From positions 8,608,998 through 8,672,997 of the forward strand of contig NC_092374.1 in the NCBI RefSeq assembly GCF_030028105.1: DNA of 64,000 nt. Reading direction: 5' to 3'. The translations under genes and the position numbers were made by a program. How positions within the stretch are numbered: position 1 is the stretch's first letter; every line of letters begins with the position of its first letter. This DNA comes from Mobula birostris (Eukaryota). The notes beneath the pieces are model-generated. The model had not been told where the DNA came from. It ran no database searches and saw only the letters and a list, made by a program, of their open reading frames with translations. Below, piece by piece: positions 39,929 to 51,965 of the stretch.

Positions 39929-40610
39929 GATTAGATTAGATTATGAGGACACGCAGTCCTCGTTTATTGTCATTTAATAATGCATGCATTAAGAAATGAT
40001 ACAATGTTTCTCCAGTATGATATCACAGAAACACAAGACAGATCAAGTCTAAAAAACTGACAAAAAGCACATAATAATAAAATATAGTTACAACAGTGCA
40101 AAGCAATACCGTAATTTGATAAAGAGCAGACCATGGATACGGTAAAAAAGAAGTCTCAAAGTCTCTCGAAAGTCCCATCATCTCACGCAAACGGTAGAAG
40201 GAAGAAAACTCTCCCTGCCATGAACCTCCAGCGCCGCACAGCTGCCGATGCAGCACCCTGGAAGCACCCGACCACAGTCCGACTGAGTCCGTCTGAAAAC
40301 TTCGAGCCTCCGACACCGAGCACCAAGCACCATCCTTGCCGAGCGCTTCAACCCAGGTCCCGGCCGCCAAGCAACAAGCAAAGCCGTGGATTCGGGGCCT
40401 TCCCCTCCGGGGATTCTGGATCACACAGTAGCAGCGGCAGCGGCAGCGAAGTGGGCATTTCAGAAGTTTCTCCAGATGTTCCTCTGTGCTTCTGAAGTCT
40501 GTCTTCATCAAATCAGGATTGTGCGCGGCCCCTATTTAGCAATTACAGATACCATTCACCGGAGAGGCCGCGCACGCCGCGACGTGCCGCCATCATCTCC
40601 TCCCCTCCAC
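39929..40610 (-). mobile_element. Short non-LTR insertion present only in the middle unit
   Basis: (attag)n tail at 39925-39945, flanked by duplicated caattag/aaattag. The third unit reads ctatacaattagctaaag uninterrupted. Confidence 0.6.
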
Positions 40611-42601
40611 AAATTAGCTAAACTTGTTAATTTAAATTTATACCTTCTGATTAAACATTCCTTACAAACTTGGATCCGGTTCCTAAATTTTGTTTAATCT
40701 TAAACAATTTAAATTTTGTAGTTTAATTTATCGAAATTACTTTTTTAAGCCCTCTTTGAGTGATCGAAATTTTTTTACTTTGGAAAAATAGAGGTATTAA
40801 TTATTTTCTGGATTTATTTAAAGAAGATAGACTGATGTCTTTTGAACAATCAGTTGATAAATATTCTCTTTCATACTCACACTTTTTAGAATACCTTCAA
40901 GTTAGACATTTCTTACAAAAATATTTGGGTAATTTTCCTTACATTTTGGATGCCGACCTGTTAGATACTATTACGAGTATGAACCTTCTGATGAAGGGTT
41001 CCATTGGAAGAATTTAAAATTTACTATTACAATGGGATAAGCGTCCTTTATTTAAGATTAAACAAGAATGGGAAAAGGAACTTAATTTCACTTTTATGTC
41101 GAAGGACTGGATGCGGATTCTGAAGTTGGTTAACTCTTCTATGATCTGTGCTAGTCATTCACTGGTTCAATTTAAAATTGTACATCGTTACTCTTTGACA
41201 AAGGAGAGACTGTCTAAAATGTTACCTAATGTTGATAGTTATTGCGATAGATGTAAAACTGAGACAGCTACACTGACACACATGTTTTGGTCTTGTTCTA
41301 TACTGGAACAGTTCTGAAAGTCAGTTTCTTCTACAGTTTCTAAAGCACTTAAAATTAATTTACAACCTAACAAATCAACTGTGCTTTTTGGAATAATTCC
41401 TCAAAATATCCACGGTATTTCTTTGTCTGACCAACATGTTATTGCATTTGTTACATCGATAGCTAGGAGGGCCATTTTTTTGAAGTAGAAGGATATATCA
41501 GCTCCCATTTTGTCACAATGGTTCTCTCAAGTGATGCTATGTCTTAGTTTGGAGAAAATTAGAAGTCGAGCGTTTGAACCTATGTTTGATTTTGAGAAAA
41601 GGTGGGGTTCATTTGCTCTTTACTTTTATTTGAGTTGATTGATAGATTTCCTCCACGATCTAATTGTAAATTTTTGGTACTTTTTTTTGCTGACGGTTTG
41701 ACGTTTATCTTTAGAAACTTTTTGTATGATGCATGGCTCCGGGGTTGAACACCTAATAGGGTTTTTTCTCACTTTTCCTTGCTTAGTAGGATTTTTTTTT
41801 CTCTTTTTTTGTCACCAAAATGTTTTCAATCTTTAAAATAATGTTTTTTTTCTTGAGACATTGTAAGTGCTGCCTACTTCGATGTACGCTTGTTAATTTT
41901 ATGTAATAATAATAAAAAGTTTTGAACAGAAGAGGAAATTATGAAGGAACACAACAGGTCAAATAGCATCCTTGGAAATAAATCAACAGTCAACGGTTCC
42001 CGCCGAGACCTTTCATCATGTCGAGACTGATGAAGGGTCTCGGTCCAAAATGTTAACTGTTTATTTTTTTTTCCATTATGTGCTCCCTGCAGATCTCCTC
42101 CGGCATATTCTTTCTGAATGTTGCTCTGGATTTCCACCATGTGGAGAAACTCTTCTGTTTATGATTTGTCATTCGGAAATTGTCTCCTTCTTGAGTATAT
42201 TTAGCGACTGGGCTTCCGCTACCTTATCAGTCGGAGACAGCTCTGTAAGTTCATCACGCTCGGGAGTGGAGAAATTTCGCTTATCAAGATGTGGTACCAC
42301 GTATTCCCGAGTCTTTGGCCATAGGTCCTGGACTTCACAGCTGGTGTGAGTAAGCCACTGTGAAGAATGAATCAACTATTGTCATTCCGCACCAACAGTG
42401 AGAGCAGGATCCTTGAGTTCTTCACTCACACTTCAATGTTTTGAACTTCTCACCCGCCGCTGACTCTGAAATGCTGACTTATTTCAGTTCCTGTAGAACT
42501 TGAGGAACTGTTCAACCACAACACTGACACTTATGACTCAAAGGAATCAGGAGGCAGAACAGAGAGCAAATTTATTCTTAAAACTGATCGGAACATCAGC
42601 C

Positions 42602-42734
42602 NNNNNNNNNNNNNNNNNNNNNNNNNNNNNNNNNNNNNNNNNNNNNNNNNNNNNNNNNNNNNNNNNNNNNNNNNNNNNNNNNNNNNNNNNNNNNNNNNNN
42701 NNNNNNNNNNNNNNNNNNNNNNNNNNNNNNNNNN
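42602..42734. other. Assembly gap (133 N)
   Basis: Run of N. Confidence 0.99.
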
Positions 42735-45328
42735 TTAAGATATATAACCAAGCACTTGGACTTAAATCCTCCAAGATATGCTCTGAACCCAATGGCGGTT
42801 GCCGTCCATGCAGCGATAAACGTCGCCTGATGAGGCCAGCAAGCCGTGATCCCGATCCCACGTATTCAAGACATTTCGGCACGTTTAGCCTAGAATTCAT
42901 TCACAGCTTGTCGTGTCAAAGGAGTGGGGGGTATTTATTTCGTAAATGGAACCCACTTAAATTTTCATTTGTTGGTCGCATCCATATAGTCAAAATGATG
43001 ATTGTACGAAAAATGTTATATTTATTTCAGAATATCACTGTTTTTCTGACTAAGAAGTTTTTTGACCGGATTGATTCTATTTGTTTTATCTTTTGTGTGG
43101 AATAATAAAAGACCAAGATTTGGTAAATGTCACTTACAAATGTTGAAAAAGGATGGAGGTCTCGCTTTGCCTGATTTAAGAATGTATTACTCGGCCGTTA
43201 ATGCGCGATACACGTCCTTTTGGTTACACTGGGTTGATAAGAACGCTTGGGCAATTTGGGTAGATTTGGAATTAAAAGCTGTGAAACAGTTTTACTTAAC
43301 CTCGTTATTGGGAGCTGCTTTACCTATACAATTAGCTAAAGTTGTTAATTTAAATTTATACCCTGTGATTAAACATTCTTTACAAACGTAGATCCAGTTC
43401 CGCAATTTTGTTTAATCTTAAAGAATTTAAACTGTGTAGTTTAATTTATTGAAATTACTTTCTTAAGCCTTCTTTGAGTCATACATTTTTTTTGCTTTGG
43501 CAAATTAAAGGTATTAATTATTTTCTGGATTTATTTAAAGAAGATAGGCTGATGTCTTTTGAACAATTAGTTGATAAGTATCCTTTTTCACACTCACACT
43601 TTTTAGAATACCTTCAAGTTAGACATTTCTTTCAAAAATATTTAAGTAATTTTCCTTATATATTGGATGCCGACCTGTTAGATAATATTACGAGTATGAA
43701 CCTGTTGATTAAGGGTTCTATAGGAAGAATTTATAATTTACTATTACAATGGGATAAGTGTCCTTTATTTAAGATTAAACAAGATTGGGAAAAGGAACTT
43801 ATTTTGGCTTTTATGACGGAGGACTGGACGTGGATTCTGAAGTTAGTTAACTCTTCGTTGATGTGTGCTAGTCATTCACTGGTTCAATTTAAAATTGTAC
43901 ATCGTTACTCTTTGACGAAGAAGAGATTGTCTAAAATGTTTCCTAATGTTGATAGTTATTGCGATAGATGTAAAACTGAGCCAGCTACACTGACACACAT
44001 GTTTTTGTCCTGTTATATACTGGAACAGTTCTGGAAGTCAGTTCCTTCTACAATTTCTACAGCATTTAAAATTAATTTACAATCTAACAAATTAACTGCG
44101 CTCTTTGCAATAATTCCTCAAAATATCCACGGTATCTCTTTGTCTGACCAACATGTTATTGCATTTGTTCCATGGATAGCTAGGAGGGCCATTTTTTTGA
44201 AGTAGAAGGATACATCAGCTTCCACTTTGTCACAATGGTTCTCTCAAGTAATGCTATGTCTTAGTTTGGAGAAAATTAGAAGTCGAGCGTTTGAACCTAT
44301 GTTTGATTTTGAGAAAAGGTGGGGTTCATTTGCTCTTTACTTTTATTTGAGTTGATTGATAGATTTCCTCCACGATCTAATTGTAAATTTTTGGTACTTT
44401 TTTTTTGCTGACGGTTTGATGTTTATCTTTAGAAGCTTTTTGTATGATGAATGGCTCCGGGGTTGAATACCCAATAGGGTTTTTTCTCACTCTTCCTTGC
44501 TTAGTAGGATTTTTTTCTCTTTTTTTGACACCTAAATGTTTTCAATCTTTAAAACAATGTTTTGTTTTCTTGAGACATTGTAAGTATTGCCTACTTTGAT
44601 GTACACTTATTAATTTTGGATAATAATAATAATAAAAAGATTTGAAAAGAAGAGGAAATTATGAAGGAACGCAACAGGTCAAGTAGTATCCATGGAAAGA
44701 AATGACAGTCAACGTTTCTGGCTGAGACCTTTCATCATGTCGAGACTGATGAAGGGTCTCGGTCCAAAATGGTAACTGTTTATTTTTTTCCATCATGTGC
44801 TCCCTGATCTGACGAACTCCTCCGGCATATTCTTTCTGAATGTTACTCTGGATTTCCACCATGTAGAGAAACTCTTCTGTTTATGATTTGTCATTCAGAA
44901 ATTGTCTCCTTCTTGAGTATATTTAGCGACCGGGCCTCCTTTACATTTTGAGCCGGAGACAGCTCTGTAATTTCATCACACTTGGAGGTGGAGACATTTC
45001 TGCTTATCAAGATGTGGTACCACGTATTCCCGAGTGTTTGGCCATAGGTCCTGGACTTCACAGCTGGTGTGAGTAAGCCACTGTGAAGAATGAATCAACT
45101 ATTGTCATCCCGCACCAACACTGAGAGCAGGATCCTTGAGTTCTTCACTCACACTTCAATGTTTTGAACTTCTCACCCGCCGCTGACTCTGAAATGCTGA
45201 CTTATTTCAGTTCCTGTAGAATTTGAGGAACTGTTCAACCACAACACTGACACTTATGACTCAAAGGAATCAGGAGGCAGAACAGAGAGCAAAGTTATTC
45301 TTAAAACTTATCGGAACATCAGCCCCCC

Positions 45329-45506
45329 NNNNNNNNNNNNNNNNNNNNNNNNNNNNNNNNNNNNNNNNNNNNNNNNNNNNNNNNNNNNNNNNNNNNNNNN
45401 NNNNNNNNNNNNNNNNNNNNNNNNNNNNNNNNNNNNNNNNNNNNNNNNNNNNNNNNNNNNNNNNNNNNNNNNNNNNNNNNNNNNNNNNNNNNNNNNNNNN
45501 NNNNNN
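45329..45506. other. Assembly gap (178 N)
   Basis: Run of N. Confidence 0.99.
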
Positions 45507-45905
45507 ATATAGCCAAGCACTTGGACCTCACTCCAAGTTACGCTCGAAAGCCAATGGCAGTTGCCGTCCATGCAGAGATAACCGTCGCCTGATGAGGCCA
45601 CCAGCCGTGATTCCAAACCCACGTATTCAAGACATCTCGGCACGTTTAGCGGAGAATTCAACCACAGCTTCTAGTGTCAAAGGAGTGGGGGGTTAATGAA
45701 GGTCAGGTAACATTTCTTCGCGTGGAACATAGCGTTCTCATTAGGTTCCTTCCTCCAGCTGGTTGTTGCGTATGCGCAGAGCAAGAACGACAATGGTGTA
45801 GTGTGATTAAACATTTTACTGAGTTATGGTAGCCAGGGTACACTCTGGGTAACTTACAGAGTCGCAGAGACCAACCGGGATTGCCAAGACGACACGCATG
45901 CGCAT
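45507..45905 (-). other. Exon-like cassette (speculative): short ATG exon 45858-45905, 187-nt intron, exon from 45670 into the gap
   Basis: Donor TCT|GTAAGT. Acceptor cattaac-cccccactcctttgacacTAG. The joined frame is open: MRMRVVLAIPVGLCDS-KLWLNSPLNVPRCLEYVGLESRLVASSGDGYLCMDGNCHWLSSVTWSEVQVLGY. The other two copies of the second piece have stops or frameshifts. Confidence 0.22.
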
Positions 45906-46939
45906 TCGAAAGTCCGTGCCCAAAAGAAAGTGCCACCCGCGCCTAAGAGGCCTGGCCGTCCTGGAACGATCGATCGGCCGCTTTTGAAGAGATTTGGCTC
46001 GAGACTTGAACGGGATTTCCCACAAGATAAGTTTAATCGACAGTGTTAGTGTTTGACAACAAAACAGAAGTTGAGCCCAGAAACACAATCAATTGGAAGT
46101 TTTACGGTGAAGTAACGATATAGGAGGTGGTATTGATAGTAAGGAAGATGGTCTTAGGCTATAGGATAACTTTGATCAAATAGCAAGGCACTTATATTAA
46201 GACCATAAGACATAGGAGCAGAGTTCGGGCATTCGGCCCTCCTACTCTGCTCTGTCATTCCATCATGGTTGAGATAGTCTCCCTATCAACCCCATTCTCC
46301 TGTTCTCACGCCGTAAACCTGACACCCTTACGCAACGAGAACCTATCAATCTCCACTTTAAAAATACCCACGTCCGTACGTGGCAGTAAATGTCACAGGT
46401 TCACCACGCTCTGGCTGAGGAATTTCTTCGTATTCTCTGTTCTGAAGGGGCATCCTTCTGTGAATGGAAGATTGAAGTTATCCAGACTGTAGTGTAAGTA
46501 GACACTGAATGTTAGGTTTCTTGGGAAGTGAGTGCAAAATTCCTCGGAGCTGAGTAAACGCAACGTACTGGGGACAGGAACAGGTGGAGGTTGTTAATTA
46601 AGGAGGAACCTGATTTTCAATAATATAAGATAAATGGATTTCATTTGAATTCCCTTTGAGTGTTAATATGTTTGAAGTGGATACGATTACAGTTCAAACT
46701 GGATTACGGTGAAGGGAGACGGTTACAGAGATTCGGTTAGCAGGCAAACCTCTGAGGGATTTTGCCTCGTAGACGCTTTCTGTCGACCAAGAGAGCTGAT
46801 TCATCCTGGGCTTGGACTGAGTTAGCTGATCCCAGTGAAGGTGGATTGCTGAAAGTCGAGACTTTCCCGTATACTTCCTTCTGCTGTGTTCCAGGGCGAC
46901 TTTTTGCGTATATCAAAGATTACATATGTATTTAGAACG

Positions 46940-47210
46940 TAGGACATGAGAGCACAGTACAGGACCTCGGGCCCACGATGCAGCGCCGGCCTTTTAGACT
47001 TATTCGAGCCGCGCCGCCCAGCACCTCACCCACTAAACCCACCCTAATCGCAGGTCGATTTACAACTAAAAATTAACTTGCTGACTGGTACGTTTTTTGG
47101 ACAGAGGGAGGAAACCGGAGCACCTGGAACAAAGGACTCCAGGATTGAACCCTGAACTCAGACGCCCGACGGGTAATAGCGTCCCCTTAACCGCTACGCT
47201 ACTGTGGCGT
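46940..47210 (-). mobile_element. tRNA-derived SINE (HE1-like)
   Basis: Reverse complement begins gacgccacagtagcgtagcggttaag...gggttcaatcc (A/B-box-like) and contains caggtgctccggtttcctccc. Confidence 0.55.
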
Positions 47211-47495
47211 CCTAACCCATCCCTCCTGCATATCCTTACATTTGTCTATCATTCAGTGGGTGTTTAGCAGAGACATTCAATCTGAAAGCTATCTCAAAAT
47301 GCTAAATAGCTGACAAACGTGGACTATTTTCTGCGTAGCTCCGACAAACAGCAATCTGATAATGAGTTGTTTGTCGACAATACCGACTGGGACGCCTTAA
47401 TGTTTGAGTCAGTTTCCAACTCCCACCGACCGTCTCAGTGAATCTGATTTCAGTCACGTCACGGCAAAAGCCTTCTGCATTATTTCATACAGTAC

Positions 47496-47595
47496 CTGAG
47501 TAAGTCACAGCAGAGAACGGCGCCCATCACTAACAGGGCGAGAGTTTTCAATCCGAGTGGGATACACAACATCAACTCGGCAAAAGCGTCTGTCC
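47496..47595 (-). CDS. Transmembrane exon of minus-strand SIGLEC15-like receptor (central Lys)
   Basis: Acceptor ttcacttcAG at 47597-47596. Reads GTDAFAELMLCIPLGLKTLALLVMGAVLCCDLL. Donor CAG|GTACTG; read-through gives RYCMK* with TAA at 47482-47480. Confidence 0.87.
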
Positions 47596-48473
47596 CTGAA
47601 GTGAAAGTGAGAGAGGTCAATCCAGACTCGGAAAAGGGGGAGAGACCAATAATGTAGACTGATTGAAATGGGTAGATATGGGGATGAACATATAATTTAG
47701 TAGATTTATACCGATGGCACTGCGGAAGATAACTTTTGTGTGATGGAATAAGACAAGGATATTACTAAGAATGTAGAGATCAGGAAAACGTCAGAACAAA
47801 AAATAATTAACCTGCAGTAAGACCATAGATCAGAAGACATAGGAGCCGAACTAGGCCATTCGACCAATCGAGTCAGCTCCGCTATTCCATCATGGCCGAT
47901 TAGTTATCCCTCTCAACCCCATTCTACTGCAATCTCCCCGTAAAATTTGACGCCCTTAATAATCAAGAGCCTACAAACCTCCGCTTGAAGACCAAAGACC
48001 TGATCTCCACAGTTACCTGTGGCAATGAATTCCACATATTCGCTACCCTCTGGCTAAAGAAATTCATTCTCCTCGCTGTTCTAAAGGGACGTCCCTGCAT
48101 TCTGGGGCTGTGCCTTATGGATCCAGATTCCACCCCCCCCCCCCACCCACCATGAATCTTCTCCACATCCCCTCTATCTACGCCATTCGACATTCGATAG
48201 GGTTCAAGGAGATGGCTCTGGCTTTTTATAAACTCCATCGAATACAGTCCCAGAACCATCAAACGCTCCTCATACGTCAACCTTTTCATTCCTTTCTCTA
48301 AACCCGCTATCCCTCTGACTGCCCCCTATCCCCCGCTCTCCGTGCGACATCCGAGATTCAAAGGCGGGGCTGCAGCCGCCTGAATGTCGTTAGATGCGTC
48401 TTCCTATTTCTGCTCCCCTTCCTGTATCTAATCTTCTCCCCGTACCCTACAGAATGTGGCAATGTTTTCTTAC

Positions 48474-48869
48474 CAGGTCTGACCCGCAGCCTGATCTCAC
48501 TCTGGGACACATGGATATATGGGGGATTGAGATAGTGTCCGTAGAAGAAGTGTGGATAACGGTAGTCCGAGTCCCTGAACTCAGCCAGACACAGGTAACC
48601 GTGAGCGTCCTCAACAGCAGGCTGCTTTATCCTGGTCGAGGCGTTTCCCAGTTCTGGGTTCCCGACGAGCTCGTACCGAGTCACTCCGTTTTCCGCTGCC
48701 CACGATCCATGTCCTCGGTGCCTGAATGTGACGATGTGTCGGTAGGGATCCTTCCTCATCCACGTCACCGTGTGCGCGGTGAGGTTCTGCGGAGGCCCTG
48801 TGAACACATACGGTAACGTGGCTGAAGCTCCCTCAGTTCCAGTCATCACAGAGACACTGTCGCCGGGAG
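48474..48869 (-). CDS. Ig V-set exon V2 of minus-strand receptor (B-strand Cys replaced by Tyr)
   Basis: Acceptor ccttccctcAG at 48871-48870 and donor GTAAGA at 48473. The exon is 396 nt, phase 1-1 and open. Confidence 0.92.
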
Positions 48870-50119
48870 CTGAGGGAAGGACAGGCGATCTTCTGTCAGT
48901 TATATGTATATATCTATACATATTTAATCACACCTCCACCCATTAACCCATCCCAACCCCACCATCCCTCACTACAACGACATCCACGTCAGCCACTCCT
49001 CTCCACTGCCCCTCAGCATCCTTTATCACCCCATGCGCCGCTGACACATCCACTCCTCATTGAACCACTGACCATTCACTGTCCTCCTGAATTTTCATTT
49101 GCCCTGCTTCGACCTAGAGGAGTTCCTCCTGCCTAGAGTTGTTTTGTCACTATGATGTCCTGTCAGAATCACCTTATGTTCAAATACTCCTGCTCCTACC
49201 ATCACTTTCTGGAGTCTATGTACATAGGCTAATCCTTTCTACGTACATTTGTATATACGGCCACACTTAAATAGTCACTTGTGCATTGTGTTTTATATTT
49301 ATTATGCGTGTGTTTTGGTTGTTTTTTAATTGTGTTCGTTATGCTTATTGTGTTTTTTTATAAGAACATAGGAGCAGAATTGGGCCATTTGCCCGTCGCG
49401 TCCGCTCCGCCATTCCATCATGGCCGATTCATTTTCCTTCTCTGCTCCAATCTCATGCCTTTTCCCCGCATTCCTTCATGCCCTGACCAATCAATAATCT
49501 ATCAATCGAATATACCCAATGACGTGGCCTCCACAGTCGTCTGTGGCAATGAATTCCACAGATTCACCATTTTCAGGCTAAAGAACTTCCTTCTCATCCC
49601 CGTTCTAAAAAAACGCCCCTTTATTCTGACTGTGTGTCCTCCGATCTTAGACTCCCCCATTAAAGCAGATATCCACACTATCAAGCCCTTTCACTATTCA
49701 ATAGGATTAAATTAGACCACATCTCCTTCTTCTGAATTCCAATGAGTAGGGGCCCAGAGACATAAAATGGTCCCTGTATGACATCTTTCGTCCCAGAATA
49801 AGTTTCGTGAACCTCCTTTGAACCCTCCCCACTGTCAGAACATCTTTTCTTTGTAAGGGGCCCAAAACTGCTCATAATACTCGAGGTGAGACATTGACAG
49901 TGCTTTATAAAGTCTCAACATTACATTCTTGCTTTTATATTCCCGTCCTCTCGAAATGTATGCGAACATTGCATTTGCCTTCCTCACCACCGACTCAACC
50001 TGTAAATTCACTTTTAGGGAATCCTGCACGACGGCTTCCAAGCCCTATTCACCTCGGAATTTTTTTTAAATTTTTCCCTCTATTTAGAAGTTCTCCGACA
50101 CTTTTATTACTTCTAATAA

Positions 50120-50895
50120 ACGGGCAGACTGTTATTTAAATGGGGAAAGAATTCAAAGTTCTGAGATGCAACGGGACTTGTGAGTCCTCGTACAGGATAC
50201 CCTTAAGTTTAACCTTCAGGTTGAGTCGGTGATGAAGAAGGCGAATGCAATGTTGGCATTCATTTCTAGAGGGAATAGAGTATAGGAGCAGGGATGTGAT
50301 GTTGAGGCTCTATAAGGCACTGGTGAGACCTGATTTGGAGTCCTGTGGGCAGTTTTGGTCTCCTTATTTAAGAAAGGATGTGCTGACGTTGGAGAGGGTT
50401 CAGAGAAGATTCACTAGAATGATTCCGGGAATGAGGGTTGACATATGAGGAACGTTTGTCCGCTCTTGGACTGTATTCCTTGGAGTTTAGAAGAATGAGG
50501 GGAGACCTTATAGAAACATTTCGAATGTTGAAAGGCATGGACAGAGTGGATGTGCAAAGTTGCTTCCCATGATGGGGGAGTCTAGTACGAGAGGGCATAA
50601 CTTAAGGATTGAAGGGCGCCCATTCAGAACAGAGATGTGAAGAAATTTTTTTAGTCAGAGGGTGGTGAATCTATGGAATTTGTTGCCACGGGCAGCAATG
50701 GAGGCCAAGTCTTTGGATGTATTTAAAGCAGAGATTGATAGGTCTCTGAGTAGCCAGGGTATCAAAGGTTATGGTGAGAAGGCGGGGTAGTGGGACTAAA
50801 TGGGAGAGAATGGATCAGCTTATGATAAAATGGCGGAGCAGACGCGATGGGCCGAATAGCCGACTTCTGCTCCTTTGTCTTATGATCTTATGGTC
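50120..50895 (+). mobile_element. Young CR1 3' end in the V1-V2 intron
   Basis: YRSRDVMLRLYKALVRPDLE...RVQRRFTRMIPG, with a tcttatg-type tail. An older minus-strand CR1 fragment lies at about 49360-50060. Confidence 0.87.
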
Positions 50896-51548
50896 TAAGT
50901 ATTTGCCTTCTCTGTTCCCCTGGACTGTCGACTTTCATAATTCCGCTGCTTCGTTTTCTGGAGGCGGGGAAGGGATTGAAGATTTTCTGGGCACCGGGTA
51001 CATACAGGAGAGTTCCTGGATTTCCCTCGGAGTGACAGAGAGTTTACAGCTGGGAAGGAAGACATTCGGTCACTTGACAAACTCCCTGACTCTTCATTCT
51101 GTCTCTATTCTCAGAGTTTAAATACTATCAGATTATTCACCAAATCCCATGCCTCCGGCTTTTGCTGCTCTTAATAAAAGAAGCCAATATTGTCCAACTT
51201 CTGTTCGCAACCACTTTCCAATCTATTAAACCCCTTCTGAATACTCTCCAACGCTTCCATACCCTTCCTCTAATGTAGCTCCTAGATCAGCACAGAAATC
51301 TCCTAATGTCGGTTCTCCAAAGTTTTATAAAGCTGCAACACTTTTATCTCAAACTGCCCGACCAAATATACCAGAGCCAGCGTTTCATGCAGGTCCCCAA
51401 GCACACTGCCCAACAGGATTTACCGGAGAGGGATCCGGATCAGGGTCCCCGACACTTCACTCCCACATTTATTGATCAGGTTTGGACCATAGGGATCCTG
51501 TGGTCCTTGCGCTCTGAGGCAGCTACAGTACCTGAATTTGGTCCTCAC

Positions 51549-51935
51549 CTCTCACAGAGAGCTCCGTTAGAACCACTGTTCGAAATTTATTAGTATTGAG
51601 CTCCACCTGGCACCAATACCGACCACCGTCACTCCGGTTCAGACGCTGCACCATTATCGAAATGTCTCTTTGAATGAAGTTCTCCACGAATCCGAACCGC
51701 CCTCCTCCAGTCTCCTGTGTCGTTATTTCGCACCGGGAGCGGCCGGGACTGGGAAATGTGCAATTAAGCACCAGCTTTTTAGCACCTGATTCCACCCTGT
51801 ACCAGATCACGGAACCGAAAAGGGCGACGTCAGTGGGTGGGTGGGTGAAAGTCCACGGTAACACAGCTGAGGCCCCTTCCACCGCAGAGACCACATCAGC
51901 GCCGGACATTGACCAACCACGGATCGAATTGTCTG
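51549..51935 (-). CDS. Ig V-set exon V1, SIGLEC15-like N-terminal domain (B-strand Cys replaced by Trp)
   Basis: Acceptor (ct)nCAG|CAG with both AGs in phase 1, and donor G|GTGAGG at 51548. Reads WSMSGADVVSAVEGASAVLPWTFTHP...GSVIWYR...NCTFPSPGRSRC...GRF...DISIMVQRLNRSDGGRYWCQVE...TELSV, which matches my recollection of SIGLEC15 V-set motifs (WSM, LPCTFTHP, extra Cys pair, YFCRVE). Confidence 0.92.
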
Positions 51936-51964
51936 CTGAGAGAGAGAGACGGGCGGAGAGATCG

Positions 51965-51965
51965 A

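Larger units (their letters stand above)
38130..45695. repeat. Tandem triplication of an about 2.8-kb unit (L1 3' fragment, SINE/CR1 remnant, block M, exon-like piece)
   Basis: The same sequences recur at 39330/42735/45507 and at 38800/42120/44840. The copies differ by many substitutions. Confidence 0.88.

Noticed and set aside
46690-46900. Minus-strand frames with Tyr motifs (EVYGKV, SVYEAK) as an ITIM-bearing tail exon
   Set aside because: The acceptor is poor, the motifs do not fit (I/V/L/S)xYxx(L/V), and there is no homolog behind the plus gene.
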